Below are positions 40,200 through 50,486 of a stretch of 54,499 nt of DNA, piece by piece. Position 1 is the stretch's first letter, and the number at the start of each line of letters is the position of its first letter. The translations under genes were made by a program, and so were the position numbers. The notes under the pieces were generated by a model. That model worked only from the letters and a program-made list of their open reading frames with translations. It made no database searches and was not told the origin of the DNA. This DNA is from Pseudomonadota bacterium (GTDB lineage Bacteria; Bdellovibrionota_F; JAHFAK01; JBDREC01), in the NCBI GenBank assembly GCA_043820105.1, contig JBDREC010000042.1, positions 1 to 54,499 of the forward strand, read 5' to 3'.

Positions 40200-41525
40200 T
40201 TATTCTGTCACTATACTAACCCTTGAACTTTGAATATGAGGAACCACCAAATCATCTTTTTCCCAAAGAACATCCTTTCCGATTTCGTCTATATCTTTCA
40301 AAATATCATAAGCATTTCCGGAAATCATTACATTCTTAACTCTTCCTGCGATTTCTCCGTTTTTAACAAGATAAGCCAAAAGCACATTTAAACTAAAATC
40401 CCCTGATATAACATTTCCCTGCCCTAAACCAAGCACTGAATCAACTAACAAACCTTCTTGCATATTGCTCAGCATTTTTGAAAATTCAAGTTGACCTGGA
40501 TTAACCTTTAATATAGTCGGAGAAACACTTGGAAAAGATGCACCATCCCAGGATCCAAAACTTCCCCTGCAACCATTTCCCGTATTTTCCTTGTTAAGCT
40601 GCTTAGCTGTTTCCAGGTTTAATAGAAAATTAGAAATTTGACCCTCTTTAATTAAATACTTTTTACTTCTTGGAAAACCTTCATGATCAAAACGAGAACT
40701 ATATGCTGTTCCTGAAGCAAGTCCATCATCAATAAGTGTAAGTCTTGGATCAAAGATTTTTTGCCCCTCTTTTTCAGATAGAGGTGATGTTTTCAGAGCA
40801 ATATTTTTGCCATTAAAACCCATAATTAGAGGTAACATTAACACTTCTGAAGCCTCAGGAGTGAATATTACAGGAATTTTCTTAGAATCAAGTCGAGCTG
40901 TATGCTTAATATCTTTGTATTTTTTAAGCAAATTAGCTACCATTTCCTCTGGATTCAAATCAATAAAGGCAGATGATCTTGCTTCAGCTATTTCCAAAAT
41001 ATTATCATCTTCTACAAATTGTGAATCAAAAAACATTGAAAAAGCAGAGCGTTTTTCTTTAAAAGAAAGACCTTTAGAGTTAAGGAAATAGTGAGTTGCT
41101 AGTGCCTTGCCCAAATATAAATTTAACTCGACATTTGAAATCAAGGAGCAAAAATGATCAACAGATTTATCACCTAATTTTATCATTTCTTCTTTTGAAA
41201 GATCAGCTACTAAAGGATCATAACAATTGATTTTTTCATTTCCAATAGAAAGGCTACTTGAAAATTCATAATCTGCTTTTTGACCATATGCAAGTGATCC
41301 TTTCAAATGCTCACAAAATAAATCAACATTTTCAAAATCTGTGGAATAAGCAAAGCCTAGTGTTCCATCTTTAATTATTCTGGCGCATATTCCACTTGCA
41401 TTAATATCTTTAATACTTTTAATTTTTGCACCCTCATACTTTAAATGGCTTATCTGGGCTTCTTCCATCATTATTTCCCACTTTGGGGCGATTTTTGAAA
41501 TTTTTTCAGCTAATTTTTCTAGCAT
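40200..41525 (-). CDS. pmbA: TldE/PmbA family protein
   Basis: FDHEGFP, NTGNG, ISGDFS and VMISGN motifs; no HExxGH; coupled to tldD. Confidence 0.88.
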   Translation of the reverse strand: MLEKLAEKISKIAPKWEIMMEEAQISHLKYEGAKIKSIKDINASGICARIIKDGTLGFAYSTDFENVDLFCEHLKGSLAYGQKADYEFSSSLSIGNEKINCYDPLVADLSKEEMIKLGDKSVDHFCSLISNVELNLYLGKALATHYFLNSKGLSFKEKRSAFSMFFDSQFVEDDNILEIAEARSSAFIDLNPEEMVANLLKKYKDIKHTARLDSKKIPVIFTPEASEVLMLPLIMGFNGKNIALKTSPLSEKEGQKIFDPRLTLIDDGLASGTAYSSRFDHEGFPRSKKYLIKEGQISNFLLNLETAKQLNKENTGNGCRGSFGSWDGASFPSVSPTILKVNPGQLEFSKMLSNMQEGLLVDSVLGLGQGNVISGDFSLNVLLAYLVKNGEIAGRVKNVMISGNAYDILKDIDEIGKDVLWEKDDLVVPHIQSSRVSIVTE

Positions 41526-42901
41526 TATTCACCTCCCACAACAATATCTTTAATCCAAATATGAGGAGAAGCATGTGGGGTGGGAAGACCACTTTGGCCA
41601 TCTTTGCCACAACCTCCTATTTCTTCCCAGCTCAATTTATTTGCTATTCCCTTAATATTATGAAGTGTTGAAAAAAGATTGCCTGAAAGCACGACATTTC
41701 TTAAAAGATCTTTTACTGCACCATTTTCAACAACATATGCACGCCCTGCACTAAAGGTGAACATTTCTAAGGCCGTTGTACCACCAAAAAAATCACAGGC
41801 ATAAATTCCGTTATTCATTTCCTTTAACAAATCTTCAAAAGTGCTTTTACAAGAATCAATATAGGTATTTGTCATTCTCACAATTGGCTCATAATTATAA
41901 TCCAGGGCCCTTGCATTTCCTGTTGTTTCCTCTGAAAGTTTTGAAGCAGTTTCCCTTGAATGAAGTCTTCCTACAAGTTCACCATTTCTTATTAAATAAT
42001 TTTTCTTTGTTTTAACACCCTCATCATCATATTTATGTGTACCCCTTAAGCCCCCGATCGACCCATCATCAAGCACATTTAAAATATCAGATCCCACCTT
42101 TTTTCCAAGCTTCATCATTTCTTGAAGCTTTGGATTTGCATAGATTTGATCAGCTTCACTTAAATGACCAAAAGCTTCGTGAATAAAAGTACCAGCTAAA
42201 ATTGGGTCTAAAATCACATTATAAACATTACCAGCTATAGGTTTTGCATCTAGTAAGTCACAGGCATTTATAGCTGCTTTTTTTGCATCTTTCTCAAGGC
42301 CCTTAACAAGCTCAAAGCCCTTTTTCCCAGCATCTCCTTCATAAGCAACTTGCACGGTTTCAGCATTTTTTGCTGTAGCCATTATATGAATACTTATATC
42401 AGGTCTTTGTTCTTCAATGTAAATACCATCACTTGATGCAAAATAATAGGAAGTGTAAGTATCAACATATTTAATTAAAGAAGAAATAATCCGATTACTA
42501 TGAGACATGATAATGTCAGAGTATGACAGGCAAAGATCTTTTTTTGTTTTTTGTGCTACATTCCTGAAGTCTTCTTTTAAGTCAACAGTTATAAAGTCAT
42601 CAAATGCTTCTTTAGGTAAAATAGTAAATTTCTTTTCAGGAGAAATATATTTGGCTAATAATTTTGCTTGAACTTCTGCATTTTTAGCTGCTTTTTCCAG
42701 AAAGTCCAATGAATTAAAGGTAGAAATCCCCCAGGCACCATCTTTTAATGCTCTTACAATGCCCCCTTGCTCAATTATGGGACAGGCTTCATTGAGTGCA
42801 TTTTTTTTCACAATTATTTTCACACGACTTGTTTTTTCTATTCGAATATCTACATAGTCAGCATCAATTGATTTGATAGTTGTTTGTAAAATGTCTTTCA
42901 A
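41525..42901 (-). CDS. tldD: TldD family metalloprotease
   Basis: HEAFGHLSEAD, YDDEG, RMTNTYI and GGCGKDGQ motifs. Confidence 0.92.
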   Translation of the reverse strand: MKDILQTTIKSIDADYVDIRIEKTSRVKIIVKKNALNEACPIIEQGGIVRALKDGAWGISTFNSLDFLEKAAKNAEVQAKLLAKYISPEKKFTILPKEAFDDFITVDLKEDFRNVAQKTKKDLCLSYSDIIMSHSNRIISSLIKYVDTYTSYYFASSDGIYIEEQRPDISIHIMATAKNAETVQVAYEGDAGKKGFELVKGLEKDAKKAAINACDLLDAKPIAGNVYNVILDPILAGTFIHEAFGHLSEADQIYANPKLQEMMKLGKKVGSDILNVLDDGSIGGLRGTHKYDDEGVKTKKNYLIRNGELVGRLHSRETASKLSEETTGNARALDYNYEPIVRMTNTYIDSCKSTFEDLLKEMNNGIYACDFFGGTTALEMFTFSAGRAYVVENGAVKDLLRNVVLSGNLFSTLHNIKGIANKLSWEEIGGCGKDGQSGLPTPHASPHIWIKDIVVGGE

Positions 42902-42916
42902 TGAATCCTCCTATTG

Positions 42917-42964
42917 ATTGCTAGTTGCTAGTTTCTGGTAATTCAAAATCCAAAATCCAAAATT
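42917..42964. repeat. Short paired heptamer tracts (TTGCTAG)x2 / (CAAAATC)x3
   Basis: Read directly, between the tldD start and the uppP stop. Confidence 0.7.
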
Positions 42965-42969
42965 TCTTG

Positions 42970-43806
42970 TTATAAAAACTCCATAATTACTGAAAGCACT
43001 CCAATAACAATACAATAATATGCAAAATAAATAAAGCTGCCTTTTAATATCATTTTTAATAGTAATTTCAAAGCAAATATACCAACTATAAATGTAACAA
43101 AAAATCCAACAATCATATATAAAAGTTCCTGGCCTAGCACTAACTCAACTTCAGATAGTTTCAATAAAAATGCTCCTGCAATTGCTGGAATTGACATTAG
43201 AAAGGCAAATTTGCCAGTGTCTTCTCTATTTAGTTTCAAAAGCAAACCTGATGCTATTGTAAAACCAGATCTTGAAATGCCAGGAATTACAGCCAGGCCC
43301 TGAGCAATTCCTATTATTAAAGATTTTTTAATATTAACTTCTTCATTATTTTTAGCTTTAATTTTTCCAGAGATAATTAATAAAAAAGCGGTAACAAAAA
43401 GCATTACACCAACCCAAAAATACGATCTTGCCAGGTTTTCAACAAAATCCTTTAAAAGCAGACCAATTATTGCTGTTGGGATTGATGCAAAAAAGATTCC
43501 AATTAGAAATCTCAAATATTTATCTTCATCATAGTCCTTTTTAAAAAATTTGTTCTTATTTAGCAAATATTGAGGCATAATAAAAAGGCGATTGATAAGC
43601 ATTAAAATATCTTTATAAAAAACAACAATTACTGAAAGCAAGGTTCCAACATGTAGTAAAACATCGTAAAAATTACTTGGCTCATTTAAACCAAACAGTT
43701 TACTTAGCAAAACCAAATGCCCTGAGCTAGATACTGGTAAGAATTCAGTCAAGCCTTGCATAATGGCAAGAGCAATGCATTGAATAAAAGTAATAATAAC
43801 CTCCAA
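42970..43806 (-). CDS. uppP: Undecaprenyl-diphosphate phosphatase
   Basis: QGLTEFLPVSSSGHL and PGISRSG motifs. Confidence 0.96.
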   Translation of the reverse strand: MEVIITFIQCIALAIMQGLTEFLPVSSSGHLVLLSKLFGLNEPSNFYDVLLHVGTLLSVIVVFYKDILMLINRLFIMPQYLLNKNKFFKKDYDEDKYLRFLIGIFFASIPTAIIGLLLKDFVENLARSYFWVGVMLFVTAFLLIISGKIKAKNNEEVNIKKSLIIGIAQGLAVIPGISRSGFTIASGLLLKLNREDTGKFAFLMSIPAIAGAFLLKLSEVELVLGQELLYMIVGFFVTFIVGIFALKLLLKMILKGSFIYFAYYCIVIGVLSVIMEFL

Positions 43807-43887
43807 AAAAAATTAATGTATTGAAATTATTTTTTTATTAATTACAATAAAGAAAAAAAAAGCAAATAATATTTTGGAGGCACTTAA

Positions 43888-45114
43888 GTGAATTATTCAA
43901 AAAAAAATAATTACATCAAATTGATTCCATTGCTGCTAATAACTTCTATAACTATTTATGCACAGGCGAATAGCGCTAGCCTTCCACTTGGAGAATACAT
44001 TGTAACAGTTGATTCAGCTCAAATCTATATTGATCCAGAAATGAGTGATATATTCATGGGTTCTCCTAAAAACACCATTGTTCAGGTCACAGGCTTTATA
44101 CAAAGTGGACAGGGAGTAAAGTTATATACCGTAAATGTTCCAGGGCAAGAAATACCGATAACTGGATATATAAAACAAGCAGACATGAAACCTTTTACAG
44201 GTGAAATTCCTAGTGATAACAATGCGTTCGCCGGTACCAGTGAAGATGAGTTTTCAGAAGTTGATGAAAAAGCTAGCCCAATGTTTGAAGATGATTTGAG
44301 AGTTAAAGATAAGCTTGGACCAATGTTAGGTGTTGGTTTATTAACAGGCATGCAAACAGAAAGCTATCTATTATCAACAACCGCTGGAGGTGGTGGAAAT
44401 GTCATTAATACTTCTTTAGCTCCTGCAATAACTTCTGGAGTCTGGGTTGATTATTATCCTCTCAGATCTAGAAGGCATGCAATGGGCATTGATGTAAAAT
44501 ATCAACTTGGCTACACAAGCTATACACTCGTTTTAGATGATGATATTATAACTGGGTATAGCGCGAAACACTCAGCAATGACTCACATGGCAGAAGGTGC
44601 TTTAAAGTATCGAGTTTATTTAATTAACAACAGAAAGTCCTTTGTTTTGATGCCAAGGATAGGGTATAGAATGCATATGTTTATGGGAGATGATGTTACA
44701 TCAGCAAAGGATGAGACACTAATTACATCTGATATGCTTTTTTATGTTGATTCCACAATCAGTGGAATAGTGCTTGAACCCCTTAACTTTGAGTACACGC
44801 TTCCCTTTGGAGGCGATGGATTTGACCTTGGTTTCTCAGGCGGCTTTGAGCTTTTCCTTATGCCATCATATTCTGAAACTCCTGCAGCATCTACAGGCCA
44901 AACTGCTAGCATGTCTCCTCTAAACTACTTTTTTAAAGGCGGAATTTTCATGTTAATTGCACAGCACTGGAAATTAAAATTAGATTATCAGAGAATGTAT
45001 TATAATACTGATTTTTCAGGAACAGATGGAGAAAGATATCAGGTCACAATTACAGGTGGGCAAATCAAAGAAGCTTATCAGAATATTACTTTTTGTTTTG
45101 GGTATCAGTTCTAA
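43888..45114 (+). CDS. Hypothetical outer-membrane beta-barrel protein with N-terminal SH3-like domain
   Basis: Signal peptide, amphipathic beta pattern, C-terminal FGYQF (BAM-type signal). Confidence 0.6.
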   Translation: MNYSKKNNYIKLIPLLLITSITIYAQANSASLPLGEYIVTVDSAQIYIDPEMSDIFMGSPKNTIVQVTGFIQSGQGVKLYTVNVPGQEIPITGYIKQADMKPFTGEIPSDNNAFAGTSEDEFSEVDEKASPMFEDDLRVKDKLGPMLGVGLLTGMQTESYLLSTTAGGGGNVINTSLAPAITSGVWVDYYPLRSRRHAMGIDVKYQLGYTSYTLVLDDDIITGYSAKHSAMTHMAEGALKYRVYLINNRKSFVLMPRIGYRMHMFMGDDVTSAKDETLITSDMLFYVDSTISGIVLEPLNFEYTLPFGGDGFDLGFSGGFELFLMPSYSETPAASTGQTASMSPLNYFFKGGIFMLIAQHWKLKLDYQRMYYNTDFSGTDGERYQVTITGGQIKEAYQNITFCFGYQF

Positions 45115-45115
45115 C

Positions 45116-45147
45116 AAGTGGTAAGTGGTAAGTGGTAAGTGGTAAGT
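45116..45147. repeat. Heptamer tandem array (AAGTGGT)x~4.5
   Basis: Reverse complement of the CACTTAC family; starts 1 nt after a stop codon. Confidence 0.92.
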
Positions 45148-45161
45148 TTGAATTTCATTGA

Positions 45162-45725
45162 TTAGAAGTCAATATTTTTTGAGTTCACAATATAAGCAAA
45201 ACCATAGCTCAAATTTAAAATACTTGCAGAATGCATTTCCTTTTTGGGGGCATTTGTACAATCTTCCAGAAAAAAAACTCTATAATCGCGGCAAAAGGCA
45301 TCTCTTGCTGTTGTTTCACAGCAACAATTTGTCATAACTCCGGAGATAAAAAGATTCTTAATATTATTTCCCTTTAAATATAAATCAAGGTCTGTATTAA
45401 GAAAAGCTGAGTATCTGTTTTTCTCAATAATTTTATCGTTTAAAGTAGGCTGAAGCTTTTTGACTATTTCAAAATCATCATCAGATTTCAATAAATGCTC
45501 ATCCCACCATTCATATAACATTCCAGCGTCCTTGAGTGGATCAACATGTCCATGTTTTGTATAGATAGTTTGAATAGAAATTTCCTGTGCAAAATCAATA
45601 ACAGCCTTAACAGAATCAATAATTGGATCAATAATACTTTTAAAATAATTCTGCATATCAATAACCAAAAGAACCGATTTCAAGGGATTAATATTAACAA
45701 ACCCTCTATGCGTCTTAATATTCAA
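45162..45725 (-). CDS. Isochorismatase/cysteine hydrolase family protein
   Basis: LLVIDMQNYF, KNRYSAF and GVMTNCCCETTARDAF motifs. Confidence 0.9.
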   Translation of the reverse strand: MNIKTHRGFVNINPLKSVLLVIDMQNYFKSIIDPIIDSVKAVIDFAQEISIQTIYTKHGHVDPLKDAGMLYEWWDEHLLKSDDDFEIVKKLQPTLNDKIIEKNRYSAFLNTDLDLYLKGNNIKNLFISGVMTNCCCETTARDAFCRDYRVFFLEDCTNAPKKEMHSASILNLSYGFAYIVNSKNIDF

Positions 45726-45744
45726 ACCATCACCTTCTATAATT

Positions 45745-45785
45745 AAATACCAAATACTGAATACCGAATACTAAATACTAATTTC
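45745..45785. repeat. Heptamer tandem array (RAATACY)x5
   Basis: Reverse complement of the 4541 array type; shares its start AAATTAGTATTTAGTATTCGGTATTC. Confidence 0.88.
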
Positions 45786-45853
45786 CATTGATTTTTATAA
45801 TGAAATTCATAATAATTGCAAATTAATTTGATAAATCAATTGGAACAGGAAAT

Positions 45854-47551
45854 ATGAGTATTAAACTAGGTGAACTTTTAGTCAAAGAAGATATTATTTC
45901 TCAGGAAGATTTGGAAAAAGCAATTGACTCATTTAAAACACATGGTGGTCAATTAACATCTCATATTGTTACTTTGGGCTTTATGAGCGATCAAGCCTTA
46001 AAAGACTTTTTAAGCAAACAATATGGAATACCAGCTATTGATCTTGAAGAATTTGAACTAGAACCTAGTATTGTAAAGCTTGTACCACAAGATATAGCAG
46101 AAAAACATGTTATAATTCCTGTTAATAAAGCAGGCTCCAGCCTAATAGTAGCAGTATCTGATCCTTCAAATATTATGGCGATTGATGATGTTAAGTTTGT
46201 TACAGGGTATAACATAGAAGTTGTTGTTGCAACAGAAGCTTCGATTAAACAAGCATTAAGCGAAATCTATGAAAAAGATGAAGATTTTGACTATGATGAT
46301 CTAATGTCTGGCTTTGACGATACTGATGTAGAGCTTGTGGGAGATGATGATGACATAGATGTTTCTGACATAGCAAAATCAGGAGCTGAAGCCCCTGTTG
46401 TTAAGCTAGTTAACTTCATAATGCTTGATGCCATAAAAAAAGGTGCCAGTGATATTCATATTGAACCTTATGAAAAAAACATGAGGGTAAGATATAGAAT
46501 TGATGGCATCTTATATGAAACCCAAAACCCTCCTTTAAAGCTTAAAAATGCATTGGCTTCTCGTATCAAGATTATGTCTGAACTTGACATTGCTGAAAGG
46601 CGATTACCTCAGGATGGTAGAATCAAATTAAAACTGGGAAGAGGTAAGGAAATTGACTTCAGGGTAAACTGTTTGCCTACAATTTTTGGTGAAAAGATTG
46701 TTATGAGAATCCTGGACAAAGGCAACCTTCAAGTTAATATGGCTAACCTTGGCTTTGAAGAAGCTGCATTAAAAGATTTTAAAGAAGCCATCCATAAACC
46801 ATATGGAATTTTGCTAGTTACAGGGCCAACAGGAAGTGGAAAAACAACGACTCTTTATTCTGCTTTACACGAACTTAATAAACCAGAGACGAATATTTCA
46901 ACTGCTGAAGATCCAGTTGAATATAATCTTAGAGGAATCAACCAAATTCAAATGCATGATGATATTGGACTGAACTTTGCCTCTGCCCTTAGAGCCTTTC
47001 TAAGACAAGATCCTGACATTATCATGGTTGGAGAGATCAGAGATTTTGAAACAGCAGAAATTGCTATCAAAGCCTCACTTACAGGCCACTTGGTTATATC
47101 AACTCTTCATACAAATGACGCGGCTGGAACAATTCACAGACTTTTAAATATGGGAATTGAACCATTTATGGTTGCTTCCGCAATTTTACTAATTGTTGCT
47201 CAAAGACTTGTTAGAAAAATTTGTGAAGATTGCAAAAAAGAAGTACAAGTCCCAAATCAAACTTTAATAAACATGGGTCTTCCAGCAGACCAAGTTGGAA
47301 CTTTTAAAATATACAAAGGCTCAGGTTGTAATTACTGTTCAAACACTGGCTATAAAGGCAGAATTGGTCTATATGAAGTTATGCCAATTAAAGAAGAAAT
47401 CACAGAATTTATTCTTAATGGAGCCAGTCCATCTGAACTCAGACGTGAGGCAGTGCGACTGGGAATGATAACCTTAAGACAAGCTGCCATTCAAAAACTA
47501 GTTCAAGGAATAACAACAGTTGAAGAAGTTACCAGAGTCTCTGTAGATTAA
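45854..47551 (+). CDS. pilB: Type IVa pilus assembly ATPase PilB
   Basis: MshEN-like KLGELLV, ASDIHIEP, DIAERRLPQDGR, GPTGSGKTTTLY, LRQDPD and a Zn tetracysteine motif. Confidence 0.96.
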   Translation: MSIKLGELLVKEDIISQEDLEKAIDSFKTHGGQLTSHIVTLGFMSDQALKDFLSKQYGIPAIDLEEFELEPSIVKLVPQDIAEKHVIIPVNKAGSSLIVAVSDPSNIMAIDDVKFVTGYNIEVVVATEASIKQALSEIYEKDEDFDYDDLMSGFDDTDVELVGDDDDIDVSDIAKSGAEAPVVKLVNFIMLDAIKKGASDIHIEPYEKNMRVRYRIDGILYETQNPPLKLKNALASRIKIMSELDIAERRLPQDGRIKLKLGRGKEIDFRVNCLPTIFGEKIVMRILDKGNLQVNMANLGFEEAALKDFKEAIHKPYGILLVTGPTGSGKTTTLYSALHELNKPETNISTAEDPVEYNLRGINQIQMHDDIGLNFASALRAFLRQDPDIIMVGEIRDFETAEIAIKASLTGHLVISTLHTNDAAGTIHRLLNMGIEPFMVASAILLIVAQRLVRKICEDCKKEVQVPNQTLINMGLPADQVGTFKIYKGSGCNYCSNTGYKGRIGLYEVMPIKEEITEFILNGASPSELRREAVRLGMITLRQAAIQKLVQGITTVEEVTRVSVD

Positions 47552-47702
47552 TAAAAAACCTATATAAGTCTTTTAAAAAAACTAGCCAAAATTTATTATT
47601 TTTAAAAGGAAATTACTTGCATTTTTATATTTTTCAACTAGTATATCCTTTTGCTATGCGTAAATTTGACATGATCGGTCAACCATTTCGGAGGAACTGT
47701 TA

Positions 47703-48230
47703 ATGCATTCCAAAAACAAATTATTTTTACTTATTTTTACAGTTTTAATTTTTGCAGGCCTGTCTTATGCAAAAGCCGAACTTACCGTAAAAGGTGGAGT
47801 CATGGCTTCTGAATTTACCACATATGGAGCTGGAGAAATAGCCATTGGCTTTGCACCAGAATCAATTCCATTGGCGGTTGAGCTATCTGCAATGGGACTT
47901 GGATACAATTATCTAGAAACAGTAATTCCATTTGTAAATCTTAGGTTTGATATAGACTTAGGATCCCTTTTTACTATTTATCCTATAGCAGGAGTCGGTT
48001 GCAATCCATATTACTACACTGGAAGCCCAGCTGGATACACGATGGGGTTTGCAGCAAAAGCAGGTGGTGGCGCCATGATTAACATTACAAAATTCTTATC
48101 TATTAGAGCAGAAGCCACTTATATGCATATTGAAAACGAATGGCGCCAAACTATTGGTTGGTATGCTGGTCAATTTTTCAATGAAGTTGGATTTGTAACG
48201 GGAACAGCTGGATTAACAGCTAAATTCTAA
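47703..48230 (+). CDS. Small outer-membrane beta-barrel protein
   Basis: Signal peptide, alternating beta strands, terminal F; GGAGG RBS. Confidence 0.65.
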   Translation: MHSKNKLFLLIFTVLIFAGLSYAKAELTVKGGVMASEFTTYGAGEIAIGFAPESIPLAVELSAMGLGYNYLETVIPFVNLRFDIDLGSLFTIYPIAGVGCNPYYYTGSPAGYTMGFAAKAGGGAMINITKFLSIRAEATYMHIENEWRQTIGWYAGQFFNEVGFVTGTAGLTAKF

Positions 48231-48726
48231 TCTGCCTTCTGTAAATATTTCGTATCTCTTTAAAAAGCTCATTGTATCTGCCATCTTTAAAATCAGGAAA
48301 GCATCTATCTGGGCTAAAGAATTTCTTGTTATCATATATTAAGGTTATATCAGCATACATTCCATCACTAATATAGATCTTTGGGCCATTGAACTTAGTA
48401 GAGGCTAAAACAAGCTTATGAAAATCAAGATAGCCTGTATCTAAGTTTACAGTTCTTGAGTTTTTTAATGATAATTCTTTTTCCATTTCAATGGCTTTTT
48501 TCTTTATTCTTACCATATCACCTGCATATCCAACTTCTTCAAAGGAAACAAATAGCCTTTTTAAATCTGGTCCCATTTCATTTTCATAATAATCAGTAAC
48601 ATCAAAATCAAAGGCTTTTGATCTATAGTCTATTTTACCAAGAAAAGCTTCAAGCAAGTTAATGGCCTCTTCAAGATCTTCACTTCTTGAATATAAAATT
48701 CCACATATATTTTTTACATCTTTCAT
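48220..48726 (-). CDS. DUF4416 family protein
   Basis: TDYYENEMG, RTVNLDTGYL, LVLASTK and FPDF motifs. Confidence 0.85.
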   Translation of the reverse strand: MKDVKNICGILYSRSEDLEEAINLLEAFLGKIDYRSKAFDFDVTDYYENEMGPDLKRLFVSFEEVGYAGDMVRIKKKAIEMEKELSLKNSRTVNLDTGYLDFHKLVLASTKFNGPKIYISDGMYADITLIYDNKKFFSPDRCFPDFKDGRYNELFKEIRNIYRRQIRI

Positions 48727-48840
48727 ATGATCTTTGTTAGAATTTAAATCAAAAAAAATAAAGCTAAAAAATTTGACATTGCAAAATAATTTTTATATTT
48801 GAATGAAACTCAATGTTGGAATATAAATTAATTCCACTAT

Positions 48841-48923
48841 GGAGGAGTGGCCGAGTGGCTTAAGGCGGCGGTCTTGAAAACCGTTGATGGAAACATCCGG
48901 GGGTTCGAATCCTCTCTCCTCCG
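48841..48923 (+). tRNA. tRNA-Ser(TGA)
   Basis: GGAGGAG/CTCCTCC-G acceptor, anticodon loop CTTGAAA, long variable arm GATGGAAACATC, T-loop TTCGAAT; followed by TCA rather than CCA. Confidence 0.96.
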
Positions 48924-48933
48924 TCAGTAATTT

Positions 48934-48984
48934 AAAGGGCTTGCAAGAGCAGCGGTATTTTCCGCACATTGCAAGCCCTTTTTT
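48934..48984 (+). terminator. Rho-independent terminator-like hairpin after tRNA-Ser
   Basis: AAAGGGCTTGCAA ... TTGCAAGCCCTTT followed by a T-run. Confidence 0.7.
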
Positions 48985-49185
48985 ATTTCACTCTCTACTA
49001 TTTTCTTAGGAATAACATTAATATTACACATGATTATTTTTTCTATTTACAAATTTGACAATAATATTAAACTTATTTGATATAGAAATAAACATTTAAA
49101 TATTGAAATAAATAAAATCAAATGTATTTTGTAGATCTTATTAATACATAAGATTTTAATTTATTAATGTGAAAATTGATATTCT

Positions 49186-50055
49186 ATGAAAAGGACAATA
49201 AAAATGATATTTACACAAGGCGAATCAATAAATACATCTATAGCAAACCTTACTATTGATGGTATATGTTGCAAATATTTATGTGATTTTTCAGTTTGTG
49301 AAAATCCAGTATGTACATGCAGTGTTTTAAATTTAAATGTAAAACAAAATGGCTTAATAAACGAAAATGAAATTAAACAATACAATATCGAATTAGATGT
49401 AGTAGAAAGAAAATTAGCATATAAAAATCAAAAAGAAGTTACAATTGAAAATATGAATTTTGCAAATCTATTTATTTCTAAGTTGAGTGATTTTGATTTT
49501 GATTTTTTATATAAAAAACATTTTACTTTAAAAAATGTAATAACAGAAAATACAGAACTTGATAAAATAGATGCTAAGTTTGATTACTATGAAACTGAAT
49601 CTGAGGGATTGCTGTATTCTTATAAAGATGTTCTGCCCTATGGTGATGAATTATATCTGACAATTGAAGATGAATTATATTTGATTATGGATCAACATTG
49701 CCTTTTACCAAAATGTAAGTGTACGGAAACAATTCTTAGCATATATAAAACAAAAGATTCAAATAATCGTGAATCTGGCGCTGCAAAATTAGACTATAAA
49801 AAAATGAGATGGCAAAATATTCAAGATGAAAAATTTCCAATATCATTTCATACTTTAAAAACATCAGTTGAAAGTCAGATTATTAACTTAAAAGAAGTCT
49901 TATTTAAAAGACATACAAAATTAAAAACTATTTATGCAAATTGTGTGAAGCGAGATTTTCAAATAATACAAAATGTTAAAACTGAAAAAGTTGGCAGAAA
50001 CTCACCTTGTCCCTGTGGCAGTGGAAAAAAGTATAAAAAATGTTGCGGTAAGTAG
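49186..50055 (+). CDS. SEC-C motif-containing protein
   Basis: C-terminal [21 protein letters not shown]; two internal CxxPxCxC motifs. Confidence 0.85.
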   Translation: MKRTIKMIFTQGESINTSIANLTIDGICCKYLCDFSVCENPVCTCSVLNLNVKQNGLINENEIKQYNIELDVVERKLAYKNQKEVTIENMNFANLFISKLSDFDFDFLYKKHFTLKNVITENTELDKIDAKFDYYETESEGLLYSYKDVLPYGDELYLTIEDELYLIMDQHCLLPKCKCTETILSIYKTKDSNNRESGAAKLDYKKMRWQNIQDEKFPISFHTLKTSVESQIINLKEVLFKRHTKLKTIYANCVKRDFQIIQNVKTEKVGRNSPCPCGSGKKYKKCCGK

Positions 50056-50075
50056 TTGGTAGCGTTGCATTAAGC

Positions 50076-50486
50076 TTAACATTTATTTACAGAATGAATT
50101 AATCCTCTTTTAAAATCAATATCCATCCTAAAATGTTTAAAAAAGTTCATTCCAAGAAGTCCTGAAACTCCAAGATTAGAATCTAGATCATGGCAAGCTA
50201 TTTCGAAATTGCTAAGCTCTTGACCAAGGCATTTTAAATTAGGAATTTTAATTATATATCCTGTAGAAATTCCACTTGCACCACTTAATGATGATGTTTC
50301 TGTCATGTCATTTTTGGCAGAATATCCAAGCAGATCTATTGTAGATGTATTTACCAGAGTTACGGCACATCCAGGATCAAATAACAGATCAAGATCGAAA
50401 AAATCGTTTATTTTTTTAAAGGGGAGAAAGGCCTTTACAGTATAGAGATCCTTTGTTTGGTGCAGTTTAAACATTACGTCTTTCAA
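50076..50486 (-). CDS. Retropepsin-like aspartyl protease
   Basis: LLFDPGCAVT (DTG-like, variant) and GLLGMNFF motifs. Confidence 0.8.
   Translation of the reverse strand: MKDVMFKLHQTKDLYTVKAFLPFKKINDFFDLDLLFDPGCAVTLVNTSTIDLLGYSAKNDMTETSSLSGASGISTGYIIKIPNLKCLGQELSNFEIACHDLDSNLGVSGLLGMNFFKHFRMDIDFKRGLIHSVNKC

Noticed and set aside
45116-45147. GGTAAGT resembles a eukaryotic splice donor
   Set aside because: The context is bacterial with uninterrupted genes, so this is coincidental.
5485-45746. Numerous 60-125 aa ORFs nested in or antisense to long genes
   Set aside because: They are fully overlapped by well-supported CDSs and have no recognisable motifs.
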